From: the human T2T-CHM13v2.0 reference genome, Homo sapiens
Direction: 5' to 3' (one strand)
Assembly (NCBI RefSeq): GCF_009914755.1
Contig: NC_060928.1
Length of the DNA: 64,000 nt
The notes under the pieces are model-generated. The model did no database searches. It had not been told where the DNA came from and worked only from the letters and a program-made list of their open reading frames with translations. The position numbers and the translations under genes were made by a program. This document shows, piece after piece, positions 27,031-40,900 of this stretch; positions within the stretch are counted from its first letter, which is position 1; every line of letters starts with the position of its first letter.

Positions 27031-29538
27031 TATGAATGCTCTTTGTCTATTGGTCTATGACCTAATCAGTGTTGTCTCTGTTCTTGGCAGCTGCATTTCT
27101 CATCTAGTGGAAGGGTAGAGTTCTAGTCTATTCTCTTTTCACAGTTACAGATCAACTCCTTACTTAGTTTCAGATGAAAGTGGGATTGCCACATTGGGTA
27201 GCTCCATGATGCTGTGTGTGTTATCCCAGTAAATATCTCTCTGGCATAGAAGAGCAAGACTGTTACTATTTGATGAGTCCATGTGCAGAAATATATGGGT
27301 CAACCTACAGAAATCAACACTGTCAAGTGACATAAATTCAGAAGAATAATATTCCATACAATTTGTATAATGAACTGCTGTTTTTGAGAAATCATTACAG
27401 GCAAAAAGAAAGAAAGTTGGGGGAGGGAGAGAAAGTAGAGAGAGGGAGGGAGGAAGGAAGGAAGATGGAAAAAAGAAATTCTCTGAGTTTTCAGTGGAAG
27501 AAATTACCTCCAACCACATTTAAAATGTTTTCAATGACCTTCTTAACTGATTTTGAGCACTGGAAATTTCTCATTTCTCCCAGCAATAGCTACAGTCTAC
27601 TAAACACTAGGTAGAACTGACAGAAGCAGTGAAGGAAAATTGCTACCAACTTAGAGAACAAGGTGCCCGGCTACTGACACTGCTCGTAATCTCTTCTCAT
27701 GGGAAAGTGTTTAATATCTACAGTAACATTTAAATTTGAGAAGACATGGTTTTTAAAATTCATATACAGCAATAACAATAGTTAATGAGGTAAATTTTAT
27801 TTTCTTCAAAATATCTTGTATCCCTCTAACTCATGGAACGTTAGAGATCACTATGGAGAAGCCCCAGATGTGACTCCTGTGATACTTAGAAGAGACCCTG
27901 AACTCTTATTCCCTCTCATAAAATTAGTAGACACACTTGTGGCACTTCGTTGATTGCTCAGTCCAAAGTGATCTGTCAAAAATCAGCACCTGCAAGCGTC
28001 ATGCACATAAAAGTTAAGAAAAAAGTGTTTTTTTTAACATGTTCAGATTGGATTTTAAAAATAAAATAAGTGAACTTCTTTTTAGTGTGTCTAAGTTAAT
28101 TTTCCAAAATTCAACTCTTGCATAGTCAATGGGGATGGGATAAATATTATGGGATTTTCATTTGCATTGCCCTTCCTGTTCTCTGAAATAATTTATTATA
28201 ATTTTCATGAGACTTCATAATATTATTCATTCACTTCATAATTGAAACGTTGTTAAACTCTGCCTCATGTTGATTCCTGACCTATACCAGCCAAAGGCAC
28301 CTTCCTCTACTTCTTCTCTCCTTTCTAAGGAAGTTAGCAAGTTTGATATCCACTGATAACCTATGCAGATGATTGTGGTCTTATTGATTTATAAAACGAA
28401 GATGATACTCCTGACTTCTTAGAAATATATGTTAGATTAATTGATAGGAAAATTGTTTAAATATTTAAATATGCAAATATTAACAAATATGTAAATATCA
28501 ATAACACATGCAAATAATAAATATGCAAATGTTAATTAACAAATAAACATATGAATGTTAACCATTAAAAATTGATACAGAAAAAGGTTTAAAAAAGACA
28601 TAGAGGAATTAAAGTGTGATTATCATTTCATCAATTGGTTTATCATTTTGACTGATATATTGTTAAAAAATAGTGACAACTTATTGTATTCAAGTTTATT
28701 ACCCAATTTTTAGTAACATAGTAAAAGTAGTGAATATGGTGATAGTGACAAGTCATAGAATGCAGGAAAATTGTCAACAACTACAATAGTCCATGGCACT
28801 TTAGTAGCTGCTAAAAAAAATTATTTGGTAAGCTCTAACTCCTACCCTTTGAAAACAGATGAGAAAAAAATATATAGACCCTTACTTTAGTTAAAAATTC
28901 ATACAAATTCACAAAGGAATTCCAGTTCACCTGGCAAATGACAAGCCCTTCTCCTTGTGACAAAATCAATAAAATCTACAAAGCCTATGTGCAGGGCTCC
29001 TCCTATGACCAACTTCCAATGCCAGCCCCCGGGGCTCTAATAGAGGTCAGATCAGTTCTTCTGTTCCTGAAACATAGGAGTCATGTTTTGGGTTTTACTT
29101 TTGGCTTATCATTCTGTTATTTGACCCAAGCTCATTTGAGTATGTAATGAGAATAACTCATTGAGCTAATATATTATAAAATAGCCTCAGACTTGAAGCT
29201 AGAATTCTGGGGGAAATCCCAAGCATGAAACTCTACCCCCAACCTCCACCACTCTCTCCATTTAAGGATAATTCATCTCTACTTTAACTCCACATTCCCT
29301 GGAAGATTTATTCCCTGCCCACCTGATTACAAGAATAGCACAATTTAGGATACCCTTCGGGAATGGAGATTTAAAAATCATTTAGAGGCAAGTATGATGA
29401 CTCAATCAATTATGTTACTTCTCACCAATTTTCTAAACCTAGCACCAATAAGAAGAAAGAGACTCAGTGAAAGTAATTCACAAGGACAAGTTAAAGAAAA
29501 AAGGAAGTTAAGGGGAATAAGTTAAAATAAGTAGTTCA

Positions 29539-29602
29539 GAAGACAGACAAAATGAACATGAATATATTTATTCATGTCTTCAAGTTCATTTTGTCTGTCT
29601 TC
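29539..29602. repeat. Quasi-palindrome: perfect 19-bp inverted repeat plus a 7-bp inner stem
   Basis: gaagacagacaaaatgaac (29539-29557) and gttcattttgtctgtcttc (29584-29602); inner stem atgaata/tattcat. Confidence 0.9.
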
Positions 29603-31609
29603 AAATTATCAGGAAAAAGTGATATTTGAAGTTAGAAAGAAAGGATTCATATTTGTTGACCACATATCATGTACAAAGCATTATTCCAAGTCCTGAAATA
29701 TATTCGAGATCTTGAAATTGATCTTTGTTTTTGACCCCCTTGGCTTATTTTGCTTTACTTTTATTAGCATTAGTAGCACATATTAAAACTGTCACAAGTC
29801 AATGAAATATGAGTGGGACTGAGTGTGTTTCCTGGAGACTTACAGAACTATGACAGAGACAATTCCAAAAACAAAAAGTGCCAGATATTAACCCTTGGGT
29901 TGCCTGGGTTTTCTAACATTCACAGCCAAATGAAGTGGTTGCAAAAATTGTAACATGTAAGCTGAACAATTGATATATTTATCTCCTTACTGGGCATCTA
30001 GACCATAAAAATCTCCTACTTTTTAGTTTCAAACTTTTAATGACAGTCTTCTCAATTAGAATTATTTTCTGCATTATTCCTCACATTCATGCAACTTCCG
30101 TGATTTTGTAAATTTTTGATTGAGAGAAAAATATGCACACCATTCAGAAAGTCAAACACTGCAGGGTGAAAATACTCAAGTGTAATTTCAAGTTAATTCT
30201 GGAAGTTCAAGGTTTTAGTAAAAAGAACATATGTTTTCAAGGGCTTCTGAGTCCCCCCCGTTCGCCTGCAGAGTTCGGCTGCAAGACCCTGACTCTCCAG
30301 GCTGTGACTTCATTATGAGGAAAACCCTTTGTAGAGGGCATCTGCTCGACTCTAATAATAAATTTTAAGGGAGGTGCAGAATCAAAATGAGAAGCAAATG
30401 GATTAATTATTCCTCTACATGGGAGCTGGGAATTCATTCATGACGTTTGTTCCTCATCACTTTGTGTACTCTTGGACTTCTGCAGGAAGGAAGTGTTAAA
30501 TGAGAAATGAAAGGAGTGAGCCTTTATTTTCTCAATGTTGGAACTTCCATTTCAGTGTTCCAGAAGGGAGAACTGTTCTTAGCACTGGGGCCTGCACAGT
30601 CTGCCACATAGGCCCACTTCTCAGAATTAGAGGGTGAAGACTGATATACAGGGGTGTCCATTCTCAAGTACATCATAGTTCAGCTGTGAAAACAAAAGAG
30701 CTGGGTTTTTAACCCTGACTTTGACCCTCGTTAGTTAGACTTCAGACACCTGGCATTGAAGACCTTCTTTATCAAATCAGAGGATTAAAACCAGTTACTC
30801 CTAAGGTCTCCTCTAATTCTAAACTTTATATTTCCATAAAATTAATTCTAGGCTTTGGCTGCTAGAAAGGACTTCAGTAATAATTCCGCAGTCCACTCAT
30901 CTAGTCCAACACTTTCTTCTAAATTGGTCCAATGGATTGAGTTTTGAACATTGGAAATGGGAGATGTAACCTGTAGTCACAAGCATAGAAGTAATGACTT
31001 ATAATCATCAGATTAAGCTCTCAAAAGGTATGATTAAGAGAAACAAGCCAACAGAGTAGGCAGTGATTTCAAAACAACCACCATTGTCAAATTAACAGCA
31101 GCCCATCCTGGATAGAATAATTTTTCAGTTGTAATTTCAATTTTTTCAATAGATAAATATTCCTGCAGATTGTCCCTATTCAAAGTAATGGCATGTTTTG
31201 TGTTTCATTTTGTATTCAGAAGCAGTTGTGCTTATTAAATATTATCTGTTTTTGCAATTAATCTTTTTTTTTTTTGCTTCTTAATAACTGGTTTAGTTCA
31301 TCTAACATTTGAAATGACGGGTAAAAAAGCTTATTACTCTGACCGAATTGTAAACTCCCCAAGAGGAGAGACCAAGGAACTAATACCAAAGCATTGTGCT
31401 AAGAACCTGTGTGGGTGCACACGTGTGTGTGTTTAGTTGAATTGAAGAGAGGTCCACCAACTCATTCAAATCGTGCATGTTAGCCATGCTCTACAAACTT
31501 AATGAGTATACCCATAATACTACATACCATGTCACTGATCCAGGTATTTTTATGTTGTTATGTATTTACAGCCCACCTCTTTTCACAAAGAATTGGAGGC
31601 AATGTACAA

Positions 31610-31905
<296 letters not shown>

Positions 31906-32419
31906 AATATACAATTTTTACATCCCACAGTGAAATAATAAACTATAAATAGAAGTAGAAGATTAATGGCAGGAACAAGGAGAATAGAAATATGCCAATC
32001 CTAAGATGGGTCTGGTTGCTGAACATCGTATTTTGTTTGAGCTTTCTGGTTGCCGGAAGAAAGAAATGGAAGCGTGTTCAGTTGCAAGGTTCCCCATTAA
32101 TGAATGGGAGGCTGCATCCTGGTCCCTCGGGGAAGTAACAAGTTTTGATAAATACATTAAATAGTTGTGTTCCCCGGACAAAACCCTGTGGAACAATTCT
32201 CATTATTTACATGGAACTCTAGATGAATTGATAATTTTTTCGTGGCATACTGATAAGTTTATCTGGCAAGTGGACGTCACATGAAACTTTCTATCCCAGA
32301 AAACCAGTTTATGTGGCTACCCTGGTTAGTTCAAGGTCTCCTGTCTTGAATATCTAGGAATAATGCATGCTAAACTGACTTGAATTACTACGAATTTCCC
32401 GTTTATTTCTGAAATTTTT

Positions 32420-32800
32420 CTAATTTTAATTTTTATTATAATAAATATATAATGTAAAATTTATTATTTTAACCATTTTAAGTATAGAATTCAGTGACAT
32501 TAAGTATATTCACAAGGTTGTGTAAATATCACCATTATTTCCTTAACATTTTCATCATCCCAGATGGAAACTGTACCCATTAAACACTAACTTCCCATTC
32601 TCACTGTCCGCAGTCCCAAGTAACCTCTATTCTACCTTCTGTCTCTATGAATTTCTCTATTCTGTGTACCTCATATAAGTGGAATAATACAATATTTGTC
32701 CTTTTGCATCTGGATTATTTAACAGCATAATGTTTTCAGGTTCATCCGTGTTGTAGCATGTATCAGAATTTTATCTCTTTCGATGGCTGGATAATATTCA
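32420..32800 (-). mobile_element. L1MB-type 3' end
   Basis: ttaaccattttaagtatagaattcagtgacattaagtatattcaca...cctcatataagtggaataatacaatatttgtcctttt. Confidence 0.85.
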
Positions 32801-33320
32801 ATTTTATCCCTTTCTTTTAAAAAAATAATCTAATCTTTTCAGTCTTTAGATTTTTTTCCCTGTTCCTTGAGTTGTCAAAATACTAGCAAAATTATCTAAA
32901 ATAACATCTGCCTATCTCTTAAAAAGCCCTACAATTCAAATCATTGTCTCAGTTACTTTGCTGACCTCAAGGTTTTCCTTTGATACTATTCCTTTATCTA
33001 TTATGATTTGATTTGAGACTTTCATTGCAAGCAATTTTCCATATGGAAAATGTTTTCTTAATTTTTATAAAAATTTTTGGAAATGTTTTTATGGAAAACA
33101 TTTTTTAAATCTTATTTTTGTTTCTTTGTTTAAAAAATTACACTTTCTAGATCTTGGTCTCAAAGGGGCGTCATGTGAAATTTTTCTTAATTTTCTTCAT
33201 TGATCAATATAACTATCAAATATTTTCACATTGCTTTTTGTATAATGTATAAGCACTACAAGTTGTATCTATTTTCCCCTTGTTCTGAGCAGCTACTTAC
33301 TTCCTGAGAATGCCCACTAG

Positions 33321-33697
<377 letters not shown>

Positions 33698-34081
33698 GAG
33701 AGTCAAGATTTTAAGACCATTGACTAGAATTTAAACAACACAACCTCTACTTGAGCATGAAAAAAATCACTCCCATAGCTACATGTTCGTTTCATTTGAC
33801 TCATATAAAAATAATTCATAGAGACCAAGGTTTATATCAAATAACATCTTAAGTTGAAACTATCAATTCAAAAATTAAATATTTCAAAAATTAAATGCCA
33901 CTTACAAAATACTGTTCTATTAGGTATACCTATATCTCATAACATGTTAACAAAATAATATGATGTATTTTCACTGGGCCATTCTTAGAGATAAAACATT
34001 CAAAGAATAAACTTAATATTAAAAGCTAGTTAATCTTCTGAATATGGATTTGAAAGTGCAGTCCCACACATGTGTTTTTAG

Positions 34082-34490
<409 letters not shown>

Positions 34491-36086
34491 TCTACAACTT
34501 TTTCTTCATTAAGTTGTGCTAAAAATTTTGAAAGTAGCTAGATATTAAATGAACTACAAATGTATTTTAATTTGGAAGCAAACTTTTGAGATAAATATTG
34601 GTTCAATACATGAAAATCATTAATTAAATAACATTTAAATCACATGGATTCTTGGCATTTTCTCTGGATTCTCTATTTCACCCAGTGTTCATAATTTATA
34701 TGTATTCTACATATCTGATATTATATATGATACAAATCAAGTGTATTTTACATATGCACATGCACTTAATATTCAGCTGTACATTACCATCATTAAGAAA
34801 AATCTCTTAGGTTTTTTTCTAATTTCACAAGCCTTCATTTCATATTCAAACTAAAACTTAGAAGTAATTTTAAAAATTTGGTTTAAAAATCTTACATTGT
34901 TACTGGTTTAATTTTGATATTACACCTTACTAATAAACTTTGGGTTAATCATCAGTTTCAATTCAGTTTAATTCAGTTTTAATTCAGTGATATTTCTAAA
35001 TTGGATAATGAATATCTGACATTATTCCTAGTGCCTGACACCTGCTTGAATGTCCTTTACCATGAGGAAAGTTTTCCATTGAGCCAACGTAAATAAAATC
35101 TGGGAGCTAGAGAAAATAGCTACCTTGACGAAACTTGGCTCATAAGAACCCAGCAAATACTTTAAATACTTTCCTGTTTTATTTCATGAGTTCTTCTACA
35201 GTGTACTTTAAAAAGTTTTTCTTCCTGCTCACCTTATTTCCCCTAAGTGCCAGTCTAAAAGACTGATTATAATGGGCATTAGAAACACTAGAAAAAAAAA
35301 TGTCCTTTCTGAGCCCCAGATTCTAAGCTTCAGTTACTGGTCGGGTCTTCCCAAATTATATGGCTATCTTTACACGTACCTGTGTGATTTTTTTTTTTTA
35401 GATAGGACATTTTACAGCCAGAACCCAAACTTACAGTATGCATTAAAAACTAAATGTATTTACAAGGCTGTTAATGTAAGCTTAATGATAGACTTGACAA
35501 AATACATTAGATTTCTAATGACTATTTCCAATTTCTCTTTATTAGGAAAGTAATGATACCTTTAATCTGTTAGTAGGTGGCTACAGGAGTATTCTGGTTC
35601 TCTTTTTTTCCGTTTAGTTCTCTTCATTCTCTTTCTTTCTCTGTGCCTCTCTATCCAGTCTTCACTGGAGTGAATGCTCCTTTGAATCATGCTTTATATT
35701 CTGGCTGCAACCACAACTGTTTAAAATATTTCCAAGGGCATTTGCCTTCTTCCGACATTCTTCACGACAAAATTTTAAGTTCAGTGCTTCGTATCTGAGA
35801 ACAGTGTCTCTCTTCTGCACACGCTCTGATCAGCCTCTCGGACTCCAGGATACATTGGATAATTTTATATCCCTTGGCATTTTAAAGACGAGATGCAGCT
35901 TCAAAATGGGGAACAACCTAGAATAGCCTTTACAATAGAAAAATCTTGAATTCAAATCACTCTTCCTCCTTAAACTATCAAGCATATTCCCTTGATTGAA
36001 AGACCTCAAGGATTTAACTTTTGGCTATTTCATTCCTGCAATATATTCACTATATATGTACACATGAGAAAAAAGGCAAGCAATAA

Positions 36087-36464
<378 letters not shown>

Positions 36465-36582
36465 AAGGCTCAATTTTAGTTTGTCATTTCCCAACCTGCA
36501 CCCAGATAAACCCTAGGCTTGTAGGTAAACGTTTAGATAGCCTGTGAAAAGAACAAATTCAAATCAGGTTAAATTCACTGTC

Positions 36583-36623
36583 TGTATTAGTCAGCGTTCT
36601 CCAGAGAAACAAAACCAATAGAA

Positions 36624-36662
<39 letters not shown>

Positions 36663-36718
36663 TGTGTATATATATATATGTATATATATACATATATGTA
36701 TATATATACATATATATA

Positions 36719-36755
<37 letters not shown>

Positions 36756-37222
36756 AGAGAGAGAGAGAGAGAGAGACTTACAGGAATAGACTCATATGAT
36801 TATGGAGGCTGAGAAGTCCCACAGTCTGACATCTGCAAACTGGAGAAACCAGGAAAGCCGGTGGTTCAGTCCGAAGGCCTTGGGGCAGGGGTCCGTTGGA
36901 GGAGGGGGGAACAGTGTAAGCCACAGTTCTAGTTTGAAGGCCTGAGAACCAGGAGTGCCAACGTCCAAGGGCAGGAGATGTGTGTTCCAGCTCAGACAGA
37001 AGAAAATTCACCTTCCCTCCACATTTTTGTTCTATTTGGGCCCTCAAGAGATTAGTCGACGCCCACCCTCACTGGGGAGGGGGATCTTCCTTTGTCAGTT
37101 CACGATTCAAATGTTGATCTCTTCCAGAAACATCCCCTCAAACGCACCAAGGAATACTGTTTCACCAGCTACCCGGGCATCCCTTAGCCCACTAAAGTTG
37201 ACATATTAAATCAACCATCACA
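36583..37222 (-). mobile_element. MLT2 (ERVL) solo LTR containing (TA)n(TG)n(GA)n
   Basis: tgtattagtcagcgttctccagagaaacaaaaccaatag...gattatggaggctgagaagtccc...aagttgacatattaaatcaaccatcaca. Confidence 0.88.
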
Positions 37223-37236
37223 CTACACTTACATGG

Positions 37237-37649
37237 TGACATGGTTTGGATATTTGTCCCTTCCAAATCTCACAATGAAGCGTAATGCCCAGTGTTAGAG
37301 GTGGGGCCCGGTGGGGGGGATATTGCATCACAGGGCGGATCCCTCATGAGGGGCTTAGCACCATCCTCGTGGTGATGCGTGCGTTCACGTGGGACCTGGG
37401 TGTTTGAAAGTGTGTGGCACCCCCGTTCCCAGCCTGCTCTCTCGCTTCCACTCTCACCATGTGACATGCCGGCTCCCCGTTCCCTTCTGCTATGATTAGA
37501 AGCTTTCTGAGGACCTCACCAGAAGCAGATGCTGGCACCACCCTGCCCATAGAGCCTGCAGACCTGCAAGCAGAAATAAATCGCTTTTTCTTTATAAATT
37601 ACCCAGCCTCGGGTATTCCTTTACAGCAACGCAAGAACAGCCTAGCACA
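37237..37649 (+). mobile_element. MSTB-like MaLR solo LTR
   Basis: tgacatggtttggatatttgtccc...agaagcagatgctggcacc...tttataaattacccagcctcggg...caca; 5-bp TSD catgg (37232-37236, 37650-37654). Confidence 0.9.
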
Positions 37650-39479
37650 CATGGTATGCTTTTTGAGGCTGTTTTTGGCATACAATCAATACTATTTAAT
37701 GATCGTGGTAGTCGTGGTAGAGAAGAGGTGTGAACAATTTACTTGAACGGGCAATAATTATAAAATAATCCTCAAATTAGTGAGGTGCTTCAAGACTGCT
37801 CTTGCTTTGAACAGCAAAGATACAGAAAACTATAATCCTTGGAACTGTGCCTTCCATTGTAGTATTTTCTGGTTGCATTTTGGGAAGAGTGTGGAAATCC
37901 TAACATCCTCTACTGCTGACGGAATCTATGCATATAAATGTTAAAACTATACTCCAGTATAAAATAATTTGCTTTTATTTTTCTTCTTCATTATTTTAAT
38001 TAATTGGGATCTTCCTTATAAGCCAAAAATCTGAATTCCACTAGCTCTTAATGAATGATACAGAAAAATATAATTTCTCCATGAATGTTAGGTTGATTGG
38101 AAAATGTCATCCTCTGACCTACTCAGCCTTGCTAATCAAGAGAAGTCTTCAGAGGGACTAATAGTTAGATTAAGCAGGCTACAATCCATCAGCCACCCCC
38201 TTTATTTGTTTAAATTAGAGTTTCTGTCAGGTATGAGGTTCAGTGTATCTGAGGAAAGCCATGCCAACATGGCTGAGAGCATATACAGGCATGTCTCTGG
38301 TAATTGGATAGTGTGCTGTTTCACCTTAAGCTGTTTTGAATTAATGCAAGACATCAGCCACCAGCTTTAGGTGGTTTAATTATCAGAATTGTCACATTTT
38401 AGTTATCAGCCCAAGGGGTGCATGCTGGGGTTGATTGTGAACATGTGGTACTACCTGATACAGGTTACCCGATGGCCAGATATGGGTCACTTCAGGACAC
38501 ACTTAATTTAAAGGAGTACTGTCCTGATGCAGAAATATTTATAAATAGGAATCTGGTTTTCAAAGAAAAAAAAGACTACTAAAATACAAAGCTGCTCAGT
38601 TGAAAGAAGAAAAAAATAGATCCCTTACTATCTTAGCTTTATATATAGGAATTATGCTACTATTAAAAGGTTTCTAAATGTCAATATTCATTGTGGGCTT
38701 TTAAAAAAATTTTTGCACTTAAGATTATTAAAATCAAGCAATTTATTCTAACGTGTTAGACTAAACTGTGCCCCCACTCTATTATTAGAATGAAATCACT
38801 TCTTATCAGAAGTGTCTATTATACAGCAAGCAGAATATAGTCTTGTTCATTATTTTTACTTAAAGGGGCCCCAACCATTTGTATGGAAAATCATTAGTGT
38901 CTGTAGGGTTGGTGAAGTTTTCAGCTCTGTGTGTTTAACTGCACTTTTACTGAAATATTTTAGTGGGTTGCTCAACTACAGAGAATAGTATCCCAATGAC
39001 CATCACAGTGCCCTAAATTCTATTGTTTTCCTGGATGCTATTGCTTTCCTGAAGCATCAGTAAAAATAATGGAACTAATTCTTCTGAATCACTGCACTCT
39101 TACCCCAGTTCAGTTCTAATAGTATTGACTACAATCTAAGCATTTTTGCTTCACTCAACACAGCTCTTAAAGGGCTTTCTCTTTTGAAGGCATACTCTCT
39201 GTGGGTGGTCAATACCCTTATGAAATTGTCAGACTTGAAAGTAAGATGGATTGTTACTGGAACATTAAGTAGGACAGAGAGCAGATGAAATTTCAATACA
39301 ACGTTGCAGCTGTTCATAAGCTCAAAAACGTAAATTAGTTCAGCTAAACTGCTAAATTCCAATAAGAAACAAACTAAGGAGTTGGCTACTTGTTCCCTAA
39401 TAGGAGGAAAATGCATCTAAAACATAAATTGAAACCTTGTCATCTTAAGAAACTAACATTTGCACTAAATTATTCCCTC

Positions 39480-40900
39480 CCTAAACAACCCAGTTAATCT
39501 AATATTTACAACCCCTGTATACAAATCCAGATGGTCTTTCCTACCACTCAGCACCTGCCATCTCTGCAGCTTTTGATACCGTGATTCCCTCCTTCACAAC
39601 CTCTTCCTTGGCTTCTCTTAGCCATCCTAATACCTTTCTTATTTTCTCTTTCTTTATCTCCTTTCTTGCTTCTATTTCTACCAGTTCTCTTCAGATCAAA
39701 TTCTCAGACTTTCTACTCTTGCTCAATTTTCTTTCTTTATCCAAATCCTTAGATTGCTCATCCACTCTTGCCATGTCAACTATCACCTATATGCTCATTA
39801 TTAAACCTGCAGTTTCAGCCCATGCCTTTATCCTTCATTTATTTCCAGTTGTTTACAGAACACGTCCAATCAGGTGGTCATGTTTGTAAAGTCAAATCTA
39901 GTGTATGTGATGATCAAAAATGAATCCTTTGCCTAACTTTTTGTTAGGATCTGAATGTGTACCCTCCAAAATTCAAGTGTGGCCAGTGTGATAGTATGGC
40001 GGAAAGGGGAGAGGTTGTTTAAGAGGTGATTTAGCCATTAAGCCATGAGGACTCCTTCCTCATGTATTGGATTAGGTACCCTTCGAAAAGGACTTGACAG
40101 AGGGAATTCAACCTTCTTACCCTTTGACGTTCTGCCATGTGAGGACATAGCATTTGTCCAGGATAGACTGGAGGCTCACCAGACACCAAACCTGCCAATG
40201 CCTTGATCTTGGACTTCCCAGCCTCCAAAACTGTGAAAAATAAATTTCTATTCTTTGCAAATTACATAGTTTGTGGGATTTTATTGTTGCAGCCCAACAC
40301 AGACTAAGACACTTCCTACTTCAATGAATGTCTCCTTGCTTCTATGAATTGCATATTCTGAAGTCAACTTTATTGCATCTCTCTCCCATCCCACACTCAG
40401 GTAGCCACTGAGTCCTAGTATATATGCTTCGCAAAGTTTCTGGTTTACTTCTCCTTCCCGTGTCATACTATGGTTACTCTAATTTACCATCATGACTTTA
40501 CTTCTCATTTTTAATAGTAGACTACCTAGTTTCTGAGTGTCACCATTTTATTTAATGGTGGCTATACAATAGAGTAATTTTCACCATGTATTCCATTTGT
40601 TAAAAATCTATATTAGCTTCTTTTGCATATTTGAATAAATTTGAAAGTTTCAACCCCACATTAAGGGTCCGTATGAACTGGTCCCAGTTTACTTTCTCGA
40701 TCTTGGAACATTCTTGATGCATCCTAAGAGGAATTGTTTCTTGCCTCTTAGAGCACTCCTAGCCACCTTGGCCCCTCACATGCTCCGATTCACTCCTAGT
40801 CTTTTTTCTCTCTGTTTCTGCTAAATCCTACACATCGTTAATACTCAGCTCAAAATTTTCCCTCTCCATGAAGTTTGTCTGAATTAACATGAGCCCGCGG
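39480..40900 (+). mobile_element. Degraded L2 interrupted by a MaLR LTR
   Basis: Pyrimidine-rich L2 body motifs (ctctgcagcttttgataccgtgattcc; aatcctacacatcgttaatactcagctcaaa). Confidence 0.5.
39942..40311 (+). mobile_element. MLT1A/MSTC-D-like MaLR solo LTR
   Basis: tgttaggatctgaatgtgtaccctccaaaattca...gccttgatcttggacttcccagcctccaaaactgtga...agactaagaca. Confidence 0.85.
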
